Of a stretch of DNA of 64,000 nt, positions 26,985 through 38,149 are shown piece after piece (position 1 is the stretch's first letter; every line of letters starts with the position of its first letter). The position numbers were made by a program, and so were the translations under genes. The notes under the pieces are model-generated. The model did not search any database, was not told the origin of the DNA, and saw only the letters and a list, made by a program, of their open reading frames with translations. The stretch is from Paecilomyces variotii (taxonomy: Eukaryota), in the NCBI GenBank assembly GCA_004022145.1, contig RCNU01000002.1; one strand, given 5' to 3'.

Positions 26985-27978
26985 TTAAAATCCTGGCCTG
27001 TCTTTTGTCCGAGGGTCCTTAGAACCGTGACGTCGCCACCTTGTCGCATAGATCTCCGGTGGATACTTCCACCCCATTCGCTTCTGTTTATTCTCAACAT
27101 ATTCCTGCCATATCTTTCGTCGAGAAACAGGCGTGGGGTCAATGAAGATGAAATGTGCCGGAACACCATCTTCTTTAAGGGCATCAATACGTCGCTTGGC
27201 CCATTCAACACAAGTACTGCCCTCCAGGTTAAGGTTCTCTTCTCCCCATTCCACTGACAGGTCCTGGGCATCAATGAGGTCCTGTAAATCTACCCCGTTT
27301 TTAATATCGATAAGGCTTTGTGCGTAGACTTCCAGTTTTGGAAATGGGAGTCCACCTTTGAAGGTTTGTTATTGAACATTTTCCCCGAAGTTAGAGAGAC
27401 ATTATTATATATATATATATATGTATATATATCGGTCAAATCTTACCTTTGCTCCATTCCACATTTTCTGGTCTACAGTCAATGTTGTAGTAACTTGCCG
27501 GGACTAGTAACCAGAAATCGGTCCTGCCAATTGCCTTGAATCGAGGGTATTTATGGTTGAGGGAGTCAGGACGTTTGAGTGGTTGTGGTCCGCATGGTTC
27601 TAGAAGATCACTGCTAGACATGAAGAGCTGAACGGCTTCTTGATGCCGTTCATCGGGAACGCATAATATATTTTCCTAGAAGTAAGTATGGCAGGTTAGA
27701 AATTGGTTGCCGCGTTTTTAGATTAAATGCAAAGGTATGTGAGCACGAACATTAAGTACTCTCCCAGCTCCATAATAGATCAGAGCAAATTCGTCGACAA
27801 AGAAGCAACATATGCCAGCATTTTTCAAGATGGATAATACAGCTAAGGTTTCTTCAAGAGTCGGTTCCTTATCCCCAGGATTTCCAACTGCAAGCGGATG
27901 AAAAGCTAAAGAGACCATTGGTTCCTCCTTCTTAGCAGATACTGCTTGTGACTCAGCCATGTTTTCAGTATTAGACAT
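26985..27978 (-). CDS. Hypothetical protein, 275 aa, with a degenerate nucleotidyltransferase-like N-terminus; exons 27978-27751, 27675-27447, 27355-26985
   Basis: Introns GTTCGT..CTAAC..CTAG and GTAAGA..CTAAC..AAAG join a stop-free ORF: ...LKNAGICCFFVDEFALIYYGAGRVLN|ENILCVPD...HKYPRFK...|GLPFPKLEVYAQSLID...DLQDLID...KYPPEIYATRWRRHGSKDPR. Confidence 0.8.
27406..27432. repeat. (TA)n microsatellite inside intron 2 of the minus-strand hypothetical gene
   Basis: tatatatatatatatatgtatatat. Confidence 0.8.
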
Positions 27979-28155
27979 GGCACTGGAACAAGTGAAGTTG
28001 GTGGTTTGTGCTTGATATGTCGAATGAATGAAATGATAAAAGGTCAGTTGTAAGCAACCCCCCACCTTTTGCCAGGAGGGGCAATTAACTTGAAAAGCCC
28101 ACCAAGAAATAAATAGGCTCCTAAATCACTAAACGGGCAGCTTCAGCATCCGCGT

Positions 28156-28268
28156 GGTCCTGTGGTCTAGGGGTTATGACGTCGGATTTTGAAGACCCCA
28201 GCAGCTCAAAAACTACTGGGATAGACACGAATTTCCGTAGATCGTGGGTTCGATTCCCACCAGGACCT
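28156..28268 (+). tRNA. tRNA-Gln(TTG), intron about 28193-28232
   Basis: Acceptor GGTCCTG/CAGGACC, anticodon arm TCGGA-TTTTGA..T-TCCGT, T arm GTGGG-TTCGATT-CCCAC, oligo-T terminator. Confidence 0.92.
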
Positions 28269-29149
28269 TCTTTTTTGATTCTTTTGTTTTTTTTTCTCTT
28301 TTGTCACGATTTTTTCTATTTTTTGCTTCCTGTTTATTTTATGCTTGTTTCCGAGAGATTAATGTATTGTCACAACTTCCGGGTTTTCTCAAGCTTTGGG
28401 TTGGAGACAATTACAGTACTGTACAATAATGTTCGAACATGACTGCTCCTCCCACAGCTATTTCTGGTTCTCAAATCTCCCCATCGTATCGTCTATTATT
28501 AAGTTCTATCTAAGCCCCAGAAAGCAACCCCGCCCGCTAATCTTAGCCGGAGACTCCGCGCTAGACGGCGTGATGGGCGACAGCAGCACATGGAGCCTCG
28601 TGGCAGGCAAGGCACCGCGCTGATCTCACGGTTATGTACGGCAGTGGTCGTTCTAGAAAGGGTATCTAACAGGAAAGCCTGGATGAGCGACATACTCTAT
28701 ACTCTATACCCCGACTCTTCTTTCAGATCACCGTCTCACCCACAGAACCCGCTGAACAATCTCCCAGACGAGCCCCCTCGAGTCGGGCCCGAGCCCTCCC
28801 TGGCGTGGCGCACGGCCAAGTCGTTTGGTCGGACCGCAGGCTAAACGGCGCTTCCATCCCACTGTCCATCCGATCGATCTATCCAACTGCTCCGGATGAC
28901 GGACGACAAGGCGAACCACTCCCCCATTCCGTCGCAAGAGCATGAGAGTCCGAAGACACGACGCTCTGCTGCCATCCTCCCTGCTATTCGAGTCCGCTCT
29001 CATGGCCCCTTCCCATCTATCGATCGCTCGCATTGTACCCATCGTGTGAGGGCCCGTCGCCTTCCCGACTCCCGCGGACGGGTTCCGCTGCCGTCTGCGC
29101 GTCCCTAATCGCCTGCCGATTCCCATCGTGATACTGCCATTCGAGCTGG

Positions 29150-32100
29150 ATGGCACGCAAACCTAGCCGTCAGAGGGTCAGCTATGGTGAGTCCTGCCGT
29201 TCTCCGGGTACCCGTCGATGTCTCTCTCTCTGGGGAATGCGGCGGGCAGTACGTGGACGATGATGCTGACTTGTCGACTTATCAGTGCTGCCTCTGCCAG
29301 ATGGCCCTGGTGGCCACCGTCTGGGCGTCAATGGACTTGCGGTAGACTCCCAGAATTCCATCCTGTAAGATTGACACGCGCCTCTCGATTCTACCCATAC
29401 TTGCGACGGCGATGCCGCTGAGATCCGTTTCGCATCGAGTCTCTACGCTACATAACACCACGGATTCTATAGCTGACGGTCATCAGATACTCCGCAGGTC
29501 GCGATGGCGTACTTTGTTCCTGGAACCTGAATCCGCAACAATCCGCGCCCTTGCCGTATGGCTTGAACGCCAGGACGCTTGGACAGACTACATTCGAGCG
29601 CCAGGTGCAGGCGCACAGCCACTGGATAAACGATATCGTTCTCACGCATAATAACTCGGCCCTCGTTTCGGCTTCATCAGATACGACGGTGAGACTGTGG
29701 CGCCCTCACGCGGACATCGCAGAGCTGCCCGCGTCTATCGGCAAGCACGGGGATTATGTAAAGTGTCTGGCATCCCCCGGGAACAATTACGACTGGGTTG
29801 CATCTGGCGGACTCGACCATAAAATCTATCTCTGGGACCTCAATGGCGCTGGAGAGAAATTGAAAATCGATGCCTATGGGGATGATCGCACAGCAAAGGG
29901 CTCAGTGTACGCCTTGGGCGCGGTCGGCTCTCTACTGGCCAGCGGAGGCCCAGATTGTGTAGTCCGGTTGTGGGATCCCAAGTCGGGCAAGCTCATCACC
30001 AAGTTCGTTGGGCATACAGATAACGTCAGGGATACACTGATCAACCAGCAAGGGGACACCATCATCACCGCCTCCTCAGACCAGACCATCAAGGTCTGGT
30101 CGTTGACGGCAGGAAGATGCATGCACACGTTGACCATGCACAATGATAGCGTCTGGTCACTCTATTCGGATCATCCGCAGCTGTCGGTGTTCTACTCCAG
30201 CGATCGTTCTGGCCTTGTCGCAAAGACCGACACGAGAGATGCACCAGACATAGACCAAGGAACATGCATCGCCGTCCTGCAGGAGAATGATGGAGTGGGC
30301 AAGGTAGTGGCCTCGGAAGGTTACATCTGGACAGCAACACCAAAGTCGAGCATAAATCGCTGGTACGATATCGACACGACTCTTGACATCGAATCTCCTC
30401 CACCAGCGGGGTTCCGCCAGAGTTTGAGTATGGCCTCTGTGCAGGTCGACTCGCCCCCAGAATCACTTGTAGACGTGCCATCTTCCACGACCAATGGTCA
30501 TGCAAAACCGAAGATCCCACACACTGCTGTGCTGCGACTATCTAACACTTCGACGTATGCGAGAGCGCGCGATCCGGATGGGGTGACAATCTACTCCGCT
30601 ACAAGCATCAAAAAGCCTGCCGAGTCACTGGACGATGATCTCGACCTTGTCCTTCCTATCCAGACTTTACCTGAGGAGACCATTGAAGGTCAGCATGGTC
30701 TGATCAAATACCTTATGCTCAACGATCGAAAGCGCACCCTTACTCAGGATACAGCAGGAGAAGTGGTCCTATGGGATCTCCTGAGGGTAAAGCTCCAATC
30801 TTCAGTTTGTTTGATACCATGGCTAACAACTAACAGTGTATCCCTATAAAATCATTCGGCAAGCGCCACATCGATGACGTGGCCGATGAAGTGAACACCG
30901 TTGAAAGCGTCGCGCATTGGTGCACGCTTGATATACGGACGGGGAGGCTCTCAGTGATCTTGGAGCTGAACCGGTGTTTCGATGCGGAAGTATATGCAGA
31001 CGAGACAGACATTGCCGACAGACAGGATTTTAAAGAAGATCAAAGAAGTATGAGTTCCTTGGGCTTGATAACTTTCGTGTCATCAGAGGCTGACCAACTG
31101 AACAGTAAACTTGGGTAAATGGGTCCTGCGTTGGCTATTTGCTCCCCTGGTTGAGGAAGAAATCAAGCGCGATGGCGCTTATCGCGAGTCTGCTGTGGCC
31201 AAGTCCGAAGAGCTGAGAACTCCGGGGCGTACAACGCCCCCTAAAGCCATAGGACTTCCCTTCATTGATACCCAGGCAGCCAGTTCATATATGTCTGAGT
31301 CTTCGATGTCTGGTTCGAACGGGTTACAGAGACCACCTGGTACCCCAGGCCTTGCGATAGGACTAGCAACTCCGAGAGTCGGCTCAGCTTGTCAGAGCTC
31401 CTCGAATGCGTATAGCTCGGCTCTCCCTCCCACAGATGAAGGGGCTGCGCAGCCGGATTCGGATGCCACGAGGCGTTCCTTATCGGAAAGGTCCACTGAC
31501 TATTTCTCAGCCAATCCACTCTCTCCTGGGGCAGACACAGATAGGGCGGCTGGGTCCCCTGAAGACCCGAACTTGACAGCATTGCCTCAATCACCGGTAG
31601 ACGCAGAAAAGGACGAGAGAAAGAAAAGCGGTTCTTTGTTTGGCAAGAAGTTCCGGATGGACTTCCCCCGAAAGCTCACGCGGACTTCGACTGATGTGAG
31701 ACCTCCCGTTCAAGAAGAGAAGAACGAGGAGTCAGACAAGTCATCTGTGAAGGAGGAAAAGGTGTTCGAGAACAACCTTGGTGGTGTTGTAGAGAGGATA
31801 CGGCATGAATACGATACATTTCTGGCAGCCAATCCTGGACAGACACTGAATACATCCATTGCACCAAGTCTGGAGAGCGAAACCCCCGTATTAGATATAC
31901 CTTCCACTACCGCAATCCTTATTCAGGAAGAATCTGGAGACTCGGCTGTGGCAGCAGATCTCTATCGAGGGTCGGTTGCCACAGTTGGCAAGGAGGTGGA
32001 TAGACTGGAAAAGTCCGTACCACTGTGGCTTGGCGAACTCCTTCTCAAGGTAAGCATCTTGCTCAGAGTTTCTATCAGCAACATCCTTTGTCCGGTGTCA

Positions 32101-32798
32101 CTGACAACGACATAGAATCTCATCCCCGCGAAGGATATCGTCAAGATCGCATTCACTTTGAAACCTTACGAGGATCTTTTACCCCCCGTTGTCAAACCAG
32201 ACCCGTATGTATACCCATCATCAAGAGGACTCGGATAGTCTACTTTTCGTGTAAGATGCAGTTAGCTAATGTGGCACCCACAAGGACAAACACTAATACT
32301 TCTCGCCTCAACGCCAACCGCATGCTTCGAGCCAAAAAGATTCTCGCGTATATCGCGGAACGAATAGAGTCGCCAGGTCCCGAAGGACAAGAGGAGGATG
32401 CAATGAAGCCCGAGGAATACCTGGAGCTCTACTGTCAGAATACTGTAAGTGACTGCATTATCATGCAACTATACGGCCTTTTTGAACTTCGGGCTGACAG
32501 AAACTCTTTTCAGTTGATACCCCCTAACATGACACTGGCCACTATTCGAACTCAGATCTGGCGATCCTCCGGAGACATAGTCTTAGTTTATAAAGCCAAC
32601 GGAAAGAAACACATACCGATGAATAGGTCTGCGCGGAGCAGCGTGAATGAACACGACACCGACCATGTTCCTGGTAAACATTCGCCTGACCTTGGGCGCT
32701 TACCCAATGGGGAGAGTGCGCTGTCGGGAAGCTTCTCTTCGATTGCTGCATCGGGATATACGTCGGCCTCTGCAACGCCGTCTATCCCAGGCAATTGA
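29150..32798 (+). CDS. WD40 protein WDR48/UAF1/Bun107 family (deubiquitinase activator), multi-exon
   Basis: [30 protein letters not shown] start; WD repeats ([23 protein letters not shown]); C-terminal [17 protein letters not shown]...[21 protein letters not shown]. Confidence 0.92.
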
Positions 32799-33435
32799 CA
32801 TCTGGATTACTTCATATCTCGTTTCTTGCAAAGCACGTGTTACATTGCGTTGCAAGTGTATCAATAGTTATATACCTGGAGCGAGGCCCTTGGCGTCAGT
32901 TATTATCCGTTTTGCAGAGTCTGTCTGGAGATATACCATTTATCTTCATGTGCATCTGTCCATTTTCTGTTCCTTGGAATATCCCTCCCACCAGAGGCCA
33001 TGTATAACTCTATTTCTGATGATGCCAGCGCTGGAAAGCAAATCAATCAACGCATCATCATCATTATTGAACATGGAGATTGTGGAGGAATCCTCTGAAT
33101 CCCCTCATAAGCTTAGACCTTGGTAGAGCCTGTGTCGTAACTGGCGCGTCGCAACCCATTGGAATTTGAACCATGGTGTCGACAGCATCTTCCCAAGACC
33201 CGACCATACAGCTGGCTCAATTTGATCCATAAGGCATAAATGCACCATCTGGATCCGTGGATAGCTCAACTAAGTTAGAATAATATTAAAAAGGTGACGT
33301 CCATCAACATGTTGTCATCCTGTTCACCCCCATCCTACTTCTGCTCCTGAAATTTACCGCTATCTAACTCATTTTAGTTCATCTGTACAAAGGCTTGTTG
33401 TTGATATACTTTGTCGCCAATGGATCCTCTACACC

Positions 33436-34716
33436 ATGTCGGTCATCTCGAGATCTGATGTCACTGCCGCGTACCATGGTAATAATAACAATACCGTCTC
33501 AGTCTGGGCCAGACGAGCATCTCGATTGTTCTCTGCAAGGTCAAATTCGAGCCTTCCTGAGACGGGGCAGGCGAAGCAGAATTCCATCCTGCACAGATTC
33601 CCGCTAGAACTTCTCTTCCAAATCACGGACGAGCTGCCGGCAAGCAGTCATAACGCCCTGAGAAATACCTGTCGAGATCTGCAGCGTACGCTTTGCGCAA
33701 GGCTCCTAAGCCATGGAGATCGGTTCGAACTTCTTCGGTGTATGGAAAGGGACGATAGCTCTCAAGATCGTTTCTTGTGCGGTGGATGCCAAAGAACGCA
33801 TCATCGAACCGACTTCCCACCATCAGAACTGGAAAAAGACCCAAGAACTCGTCGATGTATAGCTACCAAGAAGCTCCTCTGGCTATGTCCCTATGCACCA
33901 CTGAGTTTTTCCGAACTCGCAGCACGCAAACAGCATGAGATTCCTCTCTGCTGCGGCCATTCAGCCTGCCACGGGCCTTACAACTTCGTCATCAAGGAAC
34001 AAGACGGCACCTGGGCTCTACTCAAAGACTACTATTTCTCCGTGACTGACTGGCAGAACGGCAGCGTTTCGAAACGAGCAGCCAAAAAGCGTCTGCGCGG
34101 CTATGACTTGCCGATCTGTCCTCACCTACGTACCAGCGACCCCGAAGTCACAGACATATACAGCGACTCATGCATATACCAATACAATCGGGCCGACACC
34201 AGATGTAAACGCAACTGCTCGAACTGCCGCAACGGCGGCGGACATTGCAAATACTGCCGCACGACCTTCTTCTTCTGCTACCCACCGCACACTGTGCCGC
34301 TCCAAGACGACAATATCTGGTACTACAGCTTCATCGTGAAGCGTAACGTGGGCAAGCTGGAAGATCCCAAGGACCCCGTCTGGCTGGCGCAACTTATGCA
34401 GGCGCAACCGATCCTGTTCGCGCGGCATTGGGTCCAAAGTACAATATGGGAACTCTCGCAGGAAGTCATTGCGCAGCTTCGTCGGCTCAATAGAAGCGAC
34501 TATGCGAGTCGAGAAAAGTCGATCGTATCAGAGGAAGTCGATGGGCTTATGGATCTCGGACGGCGCGTCTGGACGGAATATATGGATTTCGTGGACCGTA
34601 ATGGACTGGATATGGTTTCCTTCCTTGCTGATTATAAACCGATGGGTCCGTTTCTGCCTAAAAAGACAGGCTATATGTTCAAGAAATTTCTCGATAGAAA
34701 TTCACGAAATTGGTAG
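33436..34716 (+). CDS. F-box domain protein with Cys-rich central region, single exon, 426 aa
   Basis: ILHRFPLELLFQITDELPASSHNALRNTCRDL F-box pattern; CGGCQRTH, ICPHL and CSNC...CKYC motifs. Confidence 0.8.
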   Translation: MSVISRSDVTAAYHGNNNNTVSVWARRASRLFSARSNSSLPETGQAKQNSILHRFPLELLFQITDELPASSHNALRNTCRDLQRTLCARLLSHGDRFELLRCMERDDSSQDRFLCGGCQRTHHRTDFPPSELEKDPRTRRCIATKKLLWLCPYAPLSFSELAARKQHEIPLCCGHSACHGPYNFVIKEQDGTWALLKDYYFSVTDWQNGSVSKRAAKKRLRGYDLPICPHLRTSDPEVTDIYSDSCIYQYNRADTRCKRNCSNCRNGGGHCKYCRTTFFFCYPPHTVPLQDDNIWYYSFIVKRNVGKLEDPKDPVWLAQLMQAQPILFARHWVQSTIWELSQEVIAQLRRLNRSDYASREKSIVSEEVDGLMDLGRRVWTEYMDFVDRNGLDMVSFLADYKPMGPFLPKKTGYMFKKFLDRNSRNW

Positions 34717-35532
34717 GATCTTACTTTTTTTTTTTTTTTTTTTTTTGTTTTTTAATAGCAAATTGGTTGGGACAAAGCTAACATTTCATTCCTGCACAGG
34801 TATAACCGCGATGGTTTCCTACGCTCAGATCGATTCCCTGCCACTACTGTCCCAAGAGAATCTTGGCGACCACTGTTGAGGCCTGGATGTTTTGATGCGA
34901 CTTTGAATAATACTACTCCGCGGATCAAGATCGTGCTCGACAATGAAGAGAATGTTTTCGAGATGTGAATCATAAAAATTCCGAAGGGAAGGTTTTATCT
35001 TTAAAAAAGTTTCATTACTTATAAAAGAATATGTCATCTATTGCATTCATTGGGCTAACTGTACGTGTTCACTGCATATTACAGTGAGGTGAGGTGAGCT
35101 TCTAGTCGGAATACTTACGTACTATGTGCCAATACCTAACTACATAGATGTCATGGATAGTTAGAGGAAAAGCTGCGAGATTTTTTCAATATAGAACAAT
35201 ATTATAAGGATAGTTGCACAGAATGGAATAGACGGTTCAAGACAGTAACTAAATCCATTTATTCCTTATAATTATTATGTAGTCAGACGAGCAAGAATAA
35301 TAATCGTCATCTAGAGCATCGACTCTCTGCTGATCAACCAATCCAAACTCCGCCTTATCCAGCGCGCCAAGAGAAAAAAACAAGCAGCCAAATCTCTCTT
35401 CGCCGACAACCAACATCGTTCCTCTCCTAAATCGACTGCATATATAAACCGAACGAATAAAATGCAATGAATCGCACCTCCCAATCCCATAACGTGGAGG
35501 AAAATCGTTAGGCTGGGTTGTGTTGGGTCCAG

Positions 35533-37669
35533 ATGGCCGGGGTGCTGCGCTCAACGACAAAGTCCGGCGCCATTTCCGCCGCGCAGTTCCTAGAGCAATT
35601 CCAGACATCATGGACGGAGTCGCGATTAACGCAGACATGGTCCTGGTCCAGGCGGGTTCCGAGACGGTTGGGTAGGTTTTATTTGTTTGAACTTTCGTCG
35701 TCTGAATTGAATATTATGTTTTCTCATCCGTTTCACTGCTCTTGCTTGGTCTGGGTTCAATACACATGAGCCAATCTAACTCTCGATATCAGGACTGGCA
35801 ATCAGCGGAGGCGCAGATTCCATGGCCCTCGCTTATCTATGCAGACGAATGCAAATTGAAAATCTCATTGACGACCTGAGCGTTACGGCCTTTGTGGTTG
35901 ACCACAAGGCTCGCCAGGAGAGTAGTCGCGAGGCGAGAATGGTTATCGGATGGTTGCGCGATATGGGTGAGTACTACCTAGCCATTCCTTTCTGTATTTA
36001 ATCCTATGAAAGAAATTTTTTCTTCTAACATGTCGAAACAGGCCTCAACGCCAGGGTCCTGGAGCTCGAATGGACCGGACTGGACTCACCGTCCAAAGTC
36101 TCTGCATTCGAGACACATGCGCGAAGACTCCGTTTCCAGGCCCTGGGAAGCGCTTGTCGTGATGCAGGCATCGAAACTCTCCTCATGGGTCATCATCAGG
36201 ATGATAATGTCGAGACCACGATCTGGAGACTCTGTTCCGGTGCCAGAGGAGCCGGACTGACAGGCATTCCGTCCGTTGCTCGTATCCCAGAGTGTCATGG
36301 CCTGTATGGTGTCTCTGAAAGTGGCCTGCAGACAGTCCTCAGATCGAACAACCTAGAACCCGATCTCAAAATACGGATCGATCAGAAAAACGAGGCGCGG
36401 ATGACTAGCTCTTCCCGGGGAAAGAAGGTATCGTCGACAGAAACGCCTCAACACGATGAAGACACCACCATTTCCACAGGCGGAATACTGATCTGCCGTC
36501 CGCTTTTATCATTTCCTAAATCGAACCTCGTCACCACTTGTAATGAAAATAATATCCCCTTCGTCAACGATCCCACTAATTTCGATCCAACCCTCACCCC
36601 ACGGAACGCCATCAGGCATTTACTCTCGACGGAGAAGCTTCCGAAGGCCCTGAGACCACCCTCGATCCTCTCCTTGATCGAAAGAAGCAAAGAGCTCGTA
36701 GACCAATCCGGCGAGCTTTCAAACGAACTATTAAAAACATGCAGGATCCACAAATTCAACACCCGCGCTGGATGGATGGTTGTCCGTTTCCCTTCTCCGT
36801 CCAGCGATAACAACGATAAGAACAAAGACGAAAGACAACGGAGACACAATCTCCAAATTCAAGCCCTTACCCTCCGCCGCATCACAGAGCTACTGTCCCC
36901 GTTCCCGGAGAATTATTTCTCGCTTCGTAGCTACGAAAAATTCGCAGGACGGCTTTTCACTCCTTCGAAAGAAGAGAATCGTCAGCCCTTCACAGTTGGC
37001 GGTGTGATCTTTCGTCCTGTGAGAGAAGAGATTGAGAACGACAAGACTACTGATCAGAAACAATCACAACGAAATACATACCTTCTCTCCAGACAACCGT
37101 ACATGCGGCATCGGCTGCCTACACTGAACTTTGAATTTCCATCCCCAACGACAGCCGATCTGAAAGACATGGCCAAGGGGTCAAATTCAACATGTACACC
37201 ATGGTATCTCTGGGATGATCGTTATTGGATCCGTTTGAAACTCACACATAGAGTGCACACATTGCAAGATGGGAATAAGGACCCATCGGGCCCACTCCAG
37301 CTTACTGTTCGTCCTCTCCAATCGTCTGATCTGAAGGAAATCTGCCGCACGCTTGATGAATCTGAAGGCAGGGAAGAGGCCGAAGGACGGCTGCCGTCAT
37401 CCCAGGAGTTTTTGGATATGCTGTCGTGGGAGGCACCGGGTCCGATTCGGTTCACCGTGCCTCTGTTGACAGCCAGGGAACCCACGAAACCAGATGAGTG
37501 GCCGCTAGCACTTTTGACATTACCAGGCAGGAGCTCTCCCGGAGGGACGATGAACCTTGGCCGGGATGAATCGTGGAGAGTCGAATGCGAATGGACGTAC
37601 AAAATGATCAATCCGGAGCCCCTGGAGTTGATGGGCTGGCTGAAAGAGGTCAACATACTGTATAATTAA
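35533..37669 (+). CDS. PP-loop ATPase, tRNA(Ile)-lysidine synthase TilS-like; introns 35672-35792 and about 35968-36041
   Basis: Spliced [47 protein letters not shown] and [17 protein letters not shown] motifs. Confidence 0.9.
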
Positions 37670-38149
37670 CGATTGATGATTTTCAGTTTTCAATAGATAA
37701 TGTACGCTTGTAATTTAATTAATTATTTCCCGACAAGGGTCTATCATATGTGTTAAGACTCGTAATTACATGACGCAGGCCATTGGACGCTTTGGTGAAT
37801 AATAAAAGACAAGAAGAAAATCAAGTAAGGAAAGCGCACAGGAAGAGAACGCTCTGGTATCTCGAATAAGGAAAATGCGGGAAGTTGTACCCGTAGTTGT
37901 ACAGCAGGTATTGCAGACCAATGACCAATTATCGCTGTGACCAAAGGAAAAAGAAAACGCGAAGGCGCAGTGTGACAGAGTGCATCGCAGAAACGCACGC
38001 ACTGGAGCAAAGTCAGTCGGAAGTTCCGTCCAACATCATGTTGCAAGAAAAGAAAAAGAAAAAGTAAAGTTGTGATAATGGAGAAGGTGAAGTATTTCCC
38101 CGTAAGTTCGAGAGGATCATAAGGTGGTTAGGCAGCCACCCCTCGATTA

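Noticed and set aside
34725-34753. Long T-run just after the F-box stop as evidence of retroposition
   Set aside because: A retrocopy tail would be poly(A) on the sense strand, and no target-site duplication was seen.
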